Part shown: piece after piece, positions 1 through 9,086 of the stretch
Layout: the number at the start of each line of letters is the position of its first letter
Numbering within the stretch: position 1 is the stretch's first letter
Origin: Candidatus Saccharimonadales bacterium
Lineage (GTDB): Bacteria; Patescibacteriota; Saccharimonadia; QS-5-54-17
Reading direction: 5' to 3'
NCBI GenBank assembly: GCA_040876925.1
Contig: JBBDOS010000011.1
Coordinates: 1 to 54,812 of the forward strand
Length of the DNA: 54,812 nucleotides
The notes under the pieces: model-generated
Databases searched by the model: none
What the model was told of the DNA's origin: nothing
The model's input: only the letters and a program-made list of their open reading frames with translations
Position numbers and translations under genes: made by a program

Positions 1-1104
1 GGCATTGTAGGTTTGCCTAATGTCGGCAAATCAACCCTGTTTAATGCCTTAACCAAAAACAACATCTTAGCCGCTAACTACCCATTTGCCACTATTGAAC
101 CCAATGTGGGAGTTATTAGTGTGCCAGATCAAAGACTGCTAGAAATTTCTAAGTTGTATCCTGGCTCGCCAATAGTGCCTGCTGATGTACGTTTTGTAGA
201 TATAGCTGGTCTAGTCGCTGGCGCTTCTAAAGGTGAGGGTTTAGGTAATCAGTTCTTGGCTAATATTAGAGAAGCATCCGCTATAGTCCATGTGGTTAGA
301 GCTTTTGATGACTCTAATGTAGTTCATGTGGATAATGATGTTAATCCGGTAAAAGATATCGAAACAATTAACACAGAGTTAGTACTAGCAGACCTTGAAA
401 CTGTCACCAAAAGACTTGAGCTCTTGCATAAAAGTGCCAAATCCAATCCTCAAATAGGTCATGATATAGCCTTGTTCGAAGAGCTAAAACAAGCACTTGA
501 TAAGGGAGAGTTGATCAAAAATTTTGTTCAAAATCAAGATATAGAGCAATTTCTAGAATCATCAAAACTAGAACACGATAATAAGGTTTTGATTTCGCAG
601 TTATTAACTGCGAAACCTATGTTGTTGGTTTTTAATGTTGATGAAGATACTTTAGGAAATAATCAAAAGTTAGTAGAACTTAAAAAATCTGTTGGAGATG
701 ATAACCCTATCATATTTATATGTGCCAAATTAGAAGAAGAACTGCAAAATTTAAGTGAAGAAGAGGCTGCCGAGTTGTTGAGCGAATACAACCAAACACA
801 ATCAGGTTTATCTCAATTAATTAAAGAGGGTTATGAGATGTTAGGTCTGCAGAGTTTTTTCACTGCTGGAGAAAAAGAAATTAGAGCTTGGACTATTAAA
901 AAGGGTCATAGTGCTCCTGAAGCAGCCGGTGTAATACATGGAGATTTCCAGAGAGGTTTTATAGCTGCAGAGGTGATTAATTGGCAAGATTTAGTCAATG
1001 CAGGATCAAAGACTGAAGCTAGAAAACTAGGTAAAATTCGCATGGAAGGTAAAGATTACATTATGCAAGATGGCGACGTAGTTGAGTTTAGGTTCAATAT
1101 ATAG
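1..1104 (+). CDS. ychF: Redox-regulated ATPase YchF (Obg family); 5' end truncated by window edge
   Basis: GIVGLPNVGKST P-loop read from base 1, NYPFATIEPN, DIAGLV, GEGLGNQFL, C-terminal TGS domain EGKDYIMQDGDVVEFRF. Confidence 0.97.
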   Translation, partial: GIVGLPNVGKSTLFNALTKNNILAANYPFATIEPNVGVISVPDQRLLEISKLYPGSPIVPADVRFVDIAGLVAGASKGEGLGNQFLANIREASAIVHVVRAFDDSNVVHVDNDVNPVKDIETINTELVLADLETVTKRLELLHKSAKSNPQIGHDIALFEELKQALDKGELIKNFVQNQDIEQFLESSKLEHDNKVLISQLLTAKPMLLVFNVDEDTLGNNQKLVELKKSVGDDNPIIFICAKLEEELQNLSEEEAAELLSEYNQTQSGLSQLIKEGYEMLGLQSFFTAGEKEIRAWTIKKGHSAPEAAGVIHGDFQRGFIAAEVINWQDLVNAGSKTEARKLGKIRMEGKDYIMQDGDVVEFRFNI

Positions 1105-1134
1105 CTGCTATATTAGATGAACTGTCCTACTATT

Positions 1135-1866
1135 CTACCTAGCTTTTAGAAGATAAAACCGTTCCACATTACCTTTAGCGCCCGAGACTAAAGAATCCGC
1201 TTTATCTATAATCTGATAATACTGTCTAGCCCAAGTTTCAAAACCTTTTAGTATCTCTCGCCTTAATTTATCATTCTTAATAACACCTTTATGCTTGGAA
1301 ACATCCTTAACTCCAGCTTCAAACTGTGGTTTGCACATAGCTACTATAAACCCTTGAGGTTTTATAAGCTTAGACACCGACGGTAATACTTGTTTGAGTG
1401 ATATGAAAGACACATCGATTAATGCAATATCTGCCCTTTCTGGAATATTAGCTTCTCTAATATCGGTTTTTTCCATTGTAACTACTTTAGGATTAGAGCG
1501 AATACGTTCATGTAGCTGATTAGTGCCTACGTCCACCGCATAAACCTTAGCTGCTCCCTGCTGCAAGACATAGTCACTAAACCCGCCAGTAGAAGACCCT
1601 GTATCTAAAACTATTTTATCTTTAAAATCTAGTTTAAATTTATCATTAGCAGATTCTAGCTTTAGGCCTGCTCTAGATACATATCTTAAAGGTTGCAAAA
1701 TTTCTATATCAGTAGCATCTATATCACTTACTTGCCAGCCAGGCTTATCTATAACCCTATCTCTTATTTTAACCTTTCCAGCCATTATTAAAGTAGCTGC
1801 CTGGGATCTAGACTCCGTAAGACCCAGTTGATGTAATAAATGATCTAGCCTAGTTTTATTACTCAT
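1135..1866 (-). CDS. tlyA: TlyA family rRNA 2'-O-methyltransferase
   Basis: N-terminal S4 domain (RLD..L), YVSRAGLKL, DTGSSTGGF, DVSFISL, KPQFEAG, GAKGNVE. Confidence 0.95.
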   Translation of the reverse strand: MSNKTRLDHLLHQLGLTESRSQAATLIMAGKVKIRDRVIDKPGWQVSDIDATDIEILQPLRYVSRAGLKLESANDKFKLDFKDKIVLDTGSSTGGFSDYVLQQGAAKVYAVDVGTNQLHERIRSNPKVVTMEKTDIREANIPERADIALIDVSFISLKQVLPSVSKLIKPQGFIVAMCKPQFEAGVKDVSKHKGVIKNDKLRREILKGFETWARQYYQIIDKADSLVSGAKGNVERFYLLKAR

Positions 1867-1868
1867 TA

Positions 1869-2441
1869 TTAACTACTCTTCTTAAGTCTTTCTACGTAGC
1901 TACCATTTCTGGTGTCGATTAATAACTGGTCGCCTTTTTCAATAAATAATGGCACTTGTATCCTTAAGCCCGTTTCTAAAACACACCCCTTAGATATACT
2001 GCCCGCACTATCACCTTTAATGTTAGGCTCTGACTCAACAACTTGATATTTCACCTTAATTGGCAACTCTATGTCTACTAATTTATCGCCTATATATAAT
2101 AAGCTAACTTCTAGGTCCTCTTTGAGATATTTATCTCTATCATTAATCACTTCTCTAGCTAAAGAAACTTGGTCATAATCATCTAGACGTAGAAAATGGG
2201 CGCTATCATTGTCTAAATATAGATACTGAGCTTCGATTGTAGTTGAACTAACTGCTGTGATCTTTTCATTTCCTTTAAAAGTTTTACTCAACATGGATCC
2301 GTTTTGCAAGTTTTTAAGCTTGGTTCTAGCTACGGCTCCACCCCTACCCATAGAACTATGGGCATAATCAATTACCCTATAGGGTTTACCTCCCACCTCT
2401 ACTAAGACGCCTTTTTTCAGATCAGTTATGCTATATTCCAT
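1869..2441 (-). CDS. efp: Elongation factor P
   Basis: DLKKG start, MGRGGA loop, LETGLRIQVPLFIEKGD..IDTR.GSY. Confidence 0.95.
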   Translation of the reverse strand: MEYSITDLKKGVLVEVGGKPYRVIDYAHSSMGRGGAVARTKLKNLQNGSMLSKTFKGNEKITAVSSTTIEAQYLYLDNDSAHFLRLDDYDQVSLAREVINDRDKYLKEDLEVSLLYIGDKLVDIELPIKVKYQVVESEPNIKGDSAGSISKGCVLETGLRIQVPLFIEKGDQLLIDTRNGSYVERLKKSS

Positions 2442-2473
2442 AGTTAGTCTATTTACTTAAGATTAAAGCTAAT

Positions 2474-2671
2474 TTACTCTGATACAAAAGGTATTAGAGC
2501 GATATGTCTAGCTCGCTTTATAGCTTTAGATAGCTGATTCTGCTGCTTTTCACTCAAGCCTGTTTTACGTCTAGGCTCAATTTGACCAAACATATTAATA
2601 TACCTTTGCAGAGTCTTAACATCTTTATAGTCAAAACTTTCAGGCATTCTCATGCGTTGTTTTGCTGGCAT
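2474..2671 (-). CDS. rpsR: 30S ribosomal protein S18 (cysteine-free form)
   Basis: [30 protein letters not shown]; rpsF-ssb-rpsR operon. Confidence 0.96.
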   Translation of the reverse strand: MPAKQRMRMPESFDYKDVKTLQRYINMFGQIEPRRKTGLSEKQQNQLSKAIKRARHIALIPFVSE

Positions 2672-2699
2672 TTCTTTCTCCTTGTTTAATTTACTACTA

Positions 2700-3164
2700 T
2701 TAAAATGGTATTTCGCTTAAATCTACTTCCTCATCTAGGTCTTCTATTTCAACGTCTTCTGACTTCTTGTTAGATTTCTTTGAGTCACTACTACTAGATG
2801 AGCTACTTGCATCCCCTGCTTCGCTACCGCCTGGACCATCTAGGAAGTTTATTTCACTAGCGACTATTTCTGTACGATAGTTCTTCTTGCCATCATCATC
2901 TTCCCATGAACGTGTATGTAATCTACCAATAACCATTACTCTACGGCCCTTGCTTAGATACTGCTCGGCTAGTTCGGCTAACTTAGCCCAAGCTACCACA
3001 TTATGAAAATCTGCTTGTTCTTGCTGATCTCCATTCTGATCAGTCCACACCCTATTAGTAGCCATACCAAAAGTAGCTACCGACTGACCACTAGGAATTG
3101 TTTTTAGTTCTGGATCTCTTGTTAAATTACCTACTAATATTACCTGGTTGAAACTACGAGCCAT
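2700..3164 (-). CDS. ssb: Single-stranded DNA-binding protein
   Basis: [17 protein letters not shown] fold, acidic tail ending IPF. Confidence 0.98.
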   Translation of the reverse strand: MARSFNQVILVGNLTRDPELKTIPSGQSVATFGMATNRVWTDQNGDQQEQADFHNVVAWAKLAELAEQYLSKGRRVMVIGRLHTRSWEDDDGKKNYRTEIVASEINFLDGPGGSEAGDASSSSSSSDSKKSNKKSEDVEIEDLDEEVDLSEIPF

Positions 3165-3254
3165 CTTGCTATACCCTCCTCTTGATTTACTATTGTTATC
3201 CTTTTCATCTTAACATTTACCTATGTTTATTCTCATATTTAACTATTGCTCTCT

Positions 3255-3647
3255 TTAAGAAGCGCCTGGCTCCTCTTTGCTAGTTTCTTTCTTGGCCTCT
3301 TTCTTAACAGGCTTTGTTTTCTTCTTTGAGGCTTCTTTCTCGTCCTCATCATCAGTCTCTGTAGATGGGTCAAATTTAACTACCAGATGTCTAATAATTT
3401 CATCGTTGAGCCTTAGTTGCTGCTCTAAACTATCCACCTTAGTAGGCTCTACTTCTAGTATATAGAAAAGATAAATAGCAAAAGTATGATTATTAATTGG
3501 ATAAGCAAGCTTGCGCTTACCCCAGTCATCTCGCTTAACTATCTTACCCCCGCTACTGGCAATATCCTTTTCTAACCTTTGCAGAGGCGTTTGGATATCT
3601 ATCTCTAAATCAGGGTGCAATAACACCGCTAACTCATATTGTTGCAT
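3255..3647 (-). CDS. rpsF: 30S ribosomal protein S6 with charged C-terminal tail
   Basis: YEL..LL.PDL, WGKRKLAYPI, IIRHLVVK. Confidence 0.96.
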   Translation of the reverse strand: MQQYELAVLLHPDLEIDIQTPLQRLEKDIASSGGKIVKRDDWGKRKLAYPINNHTFAIYLFYILEVEPTKVDSLEQQLRLNDEIIRHLVVKFDPSTETDDEDEKEASKKKTKPVKKEAKKETSKEEPGAS

Positions 3648-3652
3648 GGAAA

Positions 3653-3709
3653 CTCCTTCCTTTGGTCTTCGCCCTATTTAATTCTTAAAAAAACAAATAA
3701 GGAGAAAGG
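3653..3709 (-). promoter_or_regulatory. Putative S6:S18 autoregulatory leader of rpsF
   Basis: Minus-strand leader CCUUU-CU-CCUUAUUU...AAAUAGGG-CGAAGA-CCA-AAGGAAGGAG: hairpin, CCR motif, and a stem pairing next to the SD, as in described rpsF leaders. Confidence 0.5.
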
Positions 3710-3759
3710 TTTAACTCTTTAATATTAAACATATTATATCATAATACCTATCGTTGAGG

Positions 3760-4179
3760 CTAATTATCTGGCATAGATATAGATATATCATCTTCAACCA
3801 GCACTGTTATTTCAACTCTGCTAGTTCTACCGAACCTAGATCTAGTAATAACCTCTATGCTGCGGACTCCTTCCGGTAGAACTAGTGCATAGACAAAACC
3901 ACCATCTTCATCCACTAATACTGTCTCACCATCTATAGAAACTTCGCTATCAGGATCACTAGATCCTACAATATCCACATATCCACTACTGAGCAACTGA
4001 CCCTCTGCAGGATAGTCTATCTTTAGGCTAGGCGGACTAATTAGCATAAATGCTTGCCAGAGAATATATGAAAGAGCTAACAATATAGCTGCGATTAACA
4101 GTATTCTTGTAATCATATTAGAGGCAACTATAGATCTAGACTTACGGCTTTTAAGTCTTAGTCTTGGAGAATAGGCCAT
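3760..4179 (-). CDS. Membrane-anchored Ig-like (glucodextranase-B type) domain protein
   Basis: One TM helix, then P.L.I..P..G and beta-rich 'G.SDP.SEVSIDG..V.VD.DG.F...L.L.EG...I.V' pattern; directly downstream of ftsK. Confidence 0.6.
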   Translation of the reverse strand: MAYSPRLRLKSRKSRSIVASNMITRILLIAAILLALSYILWQAFMLISPPSLKIDYPAEGQLLSSGYVDIVGSSDPDSEVSIDGETVLVDEDGGFVYALVLPEGVRSIEVITRSRFGRTSRVEITVLVEDDISISMPDN

Positions 4180-4189
4180 ATATTAAAAC

Positions 4190-6319
4190 CTACATATCTC
4201 CTTCTATTTCGGAGATGTCCCTAACCAAAACATCCCTAGGGCGAGAACCGTCTGGTCCAGAGACTATACCTCTTTCCTCTAGTAGGTCTAGCAATCTAGC
4301 CGCCCTAGAATAGCCAACCCTTAGACGCCTCTGTATTAAAGAAGCCGAAGCTTTACCAGACTCTATTACTAACTTAGCTGCCTCATTAAGTAAATCATCA
4401 TCTACATCTCCCATATCCCCCAGGGCATTAGCTCCACCACCAATTTTAACTTGTTGATTCAAAACTTCATCGTTATATTGTGGCTCTCTGGCTTCTCTTA
4501 AGAAATCTGTAACCTGTCTAACTTCTTTCTCGTTAACAAAAACTCCTTGTATACGTCTAGGTTTAATAAATTCAGGAGCCGAAAAAAGCATATCACCATT
4601 ACCTAACAACTTTTCTGCACCAGCTTGATCTATGATAGTTCTAGAGTCTATCTGGGAAACTGTTGAGAAACTAATCCTAGCTGGAATGTTAGCTTTAATT
4701 AACCCAGTAATAACGTTAACACTTGGCCTTTGAGTAGCTAGCACTAAATGGATACCGGTAGCTCTAGACTTCTGAGCCAAGCGCACTATTAGATTTTCTA
4801 CATCTGATGCTGCTAGCATCATCAGATCTGCCATCTCATCAATAACAATCACTATATTGGGCATGTGTTCATCTGATTGAGAGGAGTTATATTCAGTAAT
4901 ATTGCGCTTACCTAGCTCCGCAAAAGCATCATAACGCCTATCCATTTCTGCTACTGCCCACTTCAAAGCTGAGATAGTTTTCTCAGGACTAGTAATCACA
5001 GGGCTTAATAGGTGTGGTATGTCCTTATACAGGCTCAGCTCTACTTGCTTGGGGTCTACTAGTATAAGTTTTAGATCTGCTGGTGAATTGCGGTACAAGA
5101 GACTCAGTAAGAAAGAGTTAATCATGACTGATTTACCCGAGCCAGTAGCCCCAGCTACTAATAAATGGGGCATCTTTGATAAATCTGCCACATCTACATT
5201 ACCAGCTACACCTTTACCTAAGACAAAGTTTAGTGGTGATTTAGCTTTTTGCCAGTCTACTGATTGAAGTATTTCTCGCATACGCACAATGGCACTTTTC
5301 TCGTTAGGTACTTCTATACCTACTGCGCTTTTACCCGGTATCGGTGCCTCTATTCTTAGGCTCTGGGCGGCTAGATTTAGAGCTAGGTTGTGTTCTAATT
5401 CAGTAATCCTACTCAATCTCACACCACTAGCCGGTTTAAGAGTGTATTGAGTAACAGTTGGTCCTATATTAACTTCGTCCATACTAACTGTTACACCAAA
5501 GCTAGCTAACGTTTCCTCTATAATCTTACCCTTTTCCTTGGGATTGCCCGCACTAGCTTGCCCCTGTTTATCTTCTAACAGGTCTGCTGTTGGTAATTTC
5601 CAGTCTGGATCATTATTAGCAATTAACACTTCCGGTTCTGTAGACTCATCTTTAACTGAATCTTTATCGTTAAATTTTGCTAGGGGCACTTTGGCATTGA
5701 TTTTCATCTTGACCTGTTTGTCATCTACACCCGATAGTTGAGTGGAGAAATCATCATCTGCTTTTCTAGTCTCTCTAAAGTTTTTGATAAATTGGAATAT
5801 TGCAGAAATAGTAATATTAGAGGCTAATAATCCAGCAATAGTTACGGTAGCTATTAAGATAATTACAGCTCCTGGTGTGCTGAGCAGGTTAGCCATACCT
5901 GTTCCTAATATATAACCTATTGCCCCACCCCCAAGTCCCTCTCTTGCTTCCGCGAAAGTATTAATACCAGTAAATATAGAGAATAGACCAGATAAAGCCA
6001 GTACTAGTAGGGCTAAGCCTACATAATGGATAGGGCTAAGCTGCTTAGTGCTAGCCATAAATAGTCTAATAGATAAGTAAACTAATACTATGGGTAATAG
6101 AAATACTACTGAGCCAAATAGCCAACTTAGTCCATCAATTATGCCGTCTGTTAAGCGTCCGCCAGTGAAAAATATGGCTATTAAAAGCAGTACACCTAAT
6201 GCCAATACCGCTACAGCTGCTATCTCCCGACCAACACCTGGAGCTAGTGAAGCCTGCTTATCTTCTTTCTTTTTGCTATTGCTAGATTTTCTCTTGTTTT
6301 TGATAGTTTTCTTAGCCAT
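4190..6319 (-). CDS. ftsK: DNA translocase FtsK/SpoIIIE
   Basis: N-terminal TM domain, PHLLVAGATGSGKS, IDEMADLM, LATQRPS, C-terminal gamma winged helix QRRLRVGYSRAARL. Confidence 0.98.
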   Translation of the reverse strand: MAKKTIKNKRKSSNSKKKEDKQASLAPGVGREIAAVAVLALGVLLLIAIFFTGGRLTDGIIDGLSWLFGSVVFLLPIVLVYLSIRLFMASTKQLSPIHYVGLALLVLALSGLFSIFTGINTFAEAREGLGGGAIGYILGTGMANLLSTPGAVIILIATVTIAGLLASNITISAIFQFIKNFRETRKADDDFSTQLSGVDDKQVKMKINAKVPLAKFNDKDSVKDESTEPEVLIANNDPDWKLPTADLLEDKQGQASAGNPKEKGKIIEETLASFGVTVSMDEVNIGPTVTQYTLKPASGVRLSRITELEHNLALNLAAQSLRIEAPIPGKSAVGIEVPNEKSAIVRMREILQSVDWQKAKSPLNFVLGKGVAGNVDVADLSKMPHLLVAGATGSGKSVMINSFLLSLLYRNSPADLKLILVDPKQVELSLYKDIPHLLSPVITSPEKTISALKWAVAEMDRRYDAFAELGKRNITEYNSSQSDEHMPNIVIVIDEMADLMMLAASDVENLIVRLAQKSRATGIHLVLATQRPSVNVITGLIKANIPARISFSTVSQIDSRTIIDQAGAEKLLGNGDMLFSAPEFIKPRRIQGVFVNEKEVRQVTDFLREAREPQYNDEVLNQQVKIGGGANALGDMGDVDDDLLNEAAKLVIESGKASASLIQRRLRVGYSRAARLLDLLEERGIVSGPDGSRPRDVLVRDISEIEGDM

Positions 6320-6373
6320 ATCAACATTATATAGGACTAAGGATAAAGGATACAGGGGGTTTGATTTAAGCCT

Positions 6374-8398
6374 TTACTTAGTCTTAGTCTTGTTGAACCT
6401 GTTACCACCTGATGGATTTTTACTAACCTCTACTATATTGACTACCGGTATCACTACTGGCGCTCTTTGAGTTTCCTGGTACAAGAAGCCACTAACACTA
6501 TCTCTTAGGTTCTGTTTGAAATCTTTAATATCAGCTTTTCTAGCATGTTGTCTGGTAAATACTCTCAAATAGTCTCTCAAGCTATTTACTAATTCCGACT
6601 GTTCCTGCATATGGATAAATCCGCGGGAAATAATATCTGGACTGCAAAGTAGCTGTTTAGTTTTCTTATCCATAGTTAGTACTACTACGGCTATGCCATC
6701 ATCAGCCATTAACAATCTATCTTTAACTACTAAGTTAGGTACTACTAGGCCATTTTGATCAACTAACACAGATCCACTAGGTACCGAGCCGTTTTGCTTC
6801 ATGTTGCCGTTCTTATCGGCTTCTAACACATCTCCATTATCTATTAGGAAGACTTTCTCGGGATTAAAGTCTGCTTCTTTGGCTATGCCGAGATAACGCT
6901 GCCTGTGCACAAATGGACCGTGATTAGGCATGATATATTTTGGTTTGGTCATCTCTATCATTTGTTTTAGTTCATCACGATTAGCATGACCTGATACGTG
7001 TAGTGGCCCACAGTCATCAATCTCATGAGTTTGATGACGAAGTACTGTAGCGCCCCTGCGCATCATGGCATTAACATTCTCAGTAAAAGCCACTTCATTA
7101 CCTGGGATGGGTGTGGAGCTTAAGATAACAGTATCGCTATCTTTTAGAGTTAAGTGGTTGTGGCTACCCTCGGCCATACGAGATAAAGCCGCGTTAGGTT
7201 CACCTTGACCGCCAGTACAAATAACTGTTACTTCTTTGTCTTTCATGTTGGCTATATCTTTCATGGATATAATAGTGCCTTTAGGTATCTTGATGTAGCC
7301 CAGTTTGACTGCTAACTCAACTGTAGCTAACATACTCCGCCCATCAATAGCTACCTTACGATTACTCTTGGCTGAAGCGTCAATAATCATTTGCATACGA
7401 TTGATGTTGCTAGAAAATGTAGCCACTATAACTCTACCTCTACTTTGAGTTAATATATCGTGAAAACTTTGTTCTAAAGTATGCTCTGTTTCAGTTCTGC
7501 CGGGTTTTTCAGTGTTAGTGCTTTCTGCTAAGAGCAGTAGTACACCTTCTTTGCCTAACTCTCTTAGTCTAGCTACATCACTAGGCTTATGGTCTAAAGG
7601 CTCTGGATCTAGGCGAAAGTCACTAGTATGAATAATTCTACCTACAGGTGTATCAATTGCTAAAGTAGTCGAGTCAGGTATAGAGTGAGTAGTTCTAACC
7701 AATTCTATAAAGAACGGCCCTACCTTAAGTTTTTCATGGTTGTCTATATTCATAGCTATAGTTTCTGGTTCAAAATCAGGATCCGCTTCCTCGTTATCAG
7801 CTATCTGCTTTTCAACCATACCTACAGTAAATCTAGACCCATATATCGGAGCTGGAAACTTAGGGATAATGTAACCTGTAGCACCGATATGATCTAAATG
7901 CCCATGCGTAAACACATAACCTCTAATTTTGTGCTTGATAGACTCTAGGTAAGTAGTATCAGGTATAGAGTAGTTAATGCCAGGCAAATCTAGCCCTAGA
8001 TTAAAGCCGCAATCAACCACTATGGCATCGTTGCCATATTCGATGATAGCCATATTTTTATTACCAACTCCATCTTGTCCACCCATAGGTATAACTCTAA
8101 GTTTAGGCTCACCTGTATCTATTTCGTTAGCTTTCTTTTGGTGCATAGCGAACTTGGCTTTATCAGCATCAGTCACCATATCATCAAACCTAGCTAGTTT
8201 GTGCGCATCATCGTAGTTGCGTCTTAGCTCTCTCTCTGCAGCTCTAGAGCTTCTTTTAGACACCCCTCCATTACCGTTTTGGTTATGGTTATTACTACGT
8301 CGATTGCCATGGTTATTATTGCGGTTGTTATTACCACTACTGCGATTATTGTTATTGTTTATAGACTTATGTTTATTAGTCTTATTTTGTTCGGACAT
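6374..8398 (-). CDS. rnj: Ribonuclease J with long Asn/Arg-rich N-terminal extension
   Basis: THGHLDHIG, HSIPD, SDFRLD, HVSGHA metallo-beta-lactamase/beta-CASP motifs. Confidence 0.96.
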   Translation of the reverse strand: MSEQNKTNKHKSINNNNNRSSGNNNRNNNHGNRRSNNHNQNGNGGVSKRSSRAAERELRRNYDDAHKLARFDDMVTDADKAKFAMHQKKANEIDTGEPKLRVIPMGGQDGVGNKNMAIIEYGNDAIVVDCGFNLGLDLPGINYSIPDTTYLESIKHKIRGYVFTHGHLDHIGATGYIIPKFPAPIYGSRFTVGMVEKQIADNEEADPDFEPETIAMNIDNHEKLKVGPFFIELVRTTHSIPDSTTLAIDTPVGRIIHTSDFRLDPEPLDHKPSDVARLRELGKEGVLLLLAESTNTEKPGRTETEHTLEQSFHDILTQSRGRVIVATFSSNINRMQMIIDASAKSNRKVAIDGRSMLATVELAVKLGYIKIPKGTIISMKDIANMKDKEVTVICTGGQGEPNAALSRMAEGSHNHLTLKDSDTVILSSTPIPGNEVAFTENVNAMMRRGATVLRHQTHEIDDCGPLHVSGHANRDELKQMIEMTKPKYIMPNHGPFVHRQRYLGIAKEADFNPEKVFLIDNGDVLEADKNGNMKQNGSVPSGSVLVDQNGLVVPNLVVKDRLLMADDGIAVVVLTMDKKTKQLLCSPDIISRGFIHMQEQSELVNSLRDYLRVFTRQHARKADIKDFKQNLRDSVSGFLYQETQRAPVVIPVVNIVEVSKNPSGGNRFNKTKTK

Positions 8399-8428
8399 TG
8401 ATTATATATCTCCTTATTCTTTAATTAA

Positions 8429-9034
8429 TTAGTTATTTTTTAATTTGTCTAAAATTGTCGGTATTAGCGCAAAATCATCCATTAGGGTCTGGCGCTGAGA
8501 ACCGTTATATAGGGCAGCAGCCGGATGGTATAGAGGCAAGATAGTAATACGATCTTGGCCCTTTGGACCTAAGGATAATCCCTTAATCTTAATGCGCATT
8601 GGCTGACCATGCACCTCAGAAATACGCTTGTTAGGCAAGAAATTCTCCATACTGTGCCTACCTAAAGTTACCACTAGTTTAGGACTGATAACTTTAAGTT
8701 GACGCATTAGATATGGTAAGAAAGCTAACTTTTCCTCATGCAAAGGATCTCTATTGTTCGGTGGACGATACTTAACAATGTTAGTAATGAAAACACTATC
8801 TCTGTCCATACCTATGCTAGCTAACATCTCATTTAGGAACTTACCAGCTGCTCCTACAAATGGTTCTCCCTGATCATCCTCTTTCTGGCCAGGAGCTTCA
8901 CCGATAAAAATAATGTCTGCATCAGGATTACCGCTACCTGGTACTAGCTGTGTAGCGCTCTTTTTAAGCTCTGGGGTGATATCACTATTTGTGATATCAC
9001 TAGCTATCCGGTCAAGTTCTGCTTGTTTGTTCAT
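8429..9034 (-). CDS. udg: Uracil-DNA glycosylase, family 4-like
   Basis: IGEAPG..ED.QG.PFVG.AG, RPP.NRDP, HPAAALY. Confidence 0.93.
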   Translation of the reverse strand: MNKQAELDRIASDITNSDITPELKKSATQLVPGSGNPDADIIFIGEAPGQKEDDQGEPFVGAAGKFLNEMLASIGMDRDSVFITNIVKYRPPNNRDPLHEEKLAFLPYLMRQLKVISPKLVVTLGRHSMENFLPNKRISEVHGQPMRIKIKGLSLGPKGQDRITILPLYHPAAALYNGSQRQTLMDDFALIPTILDKLKNN

Positions 9035-9086
9035 ATTTAAGAAATTAGAAAATCCTAAAATTAATCAAGGATACTTTTTTAGTTAT

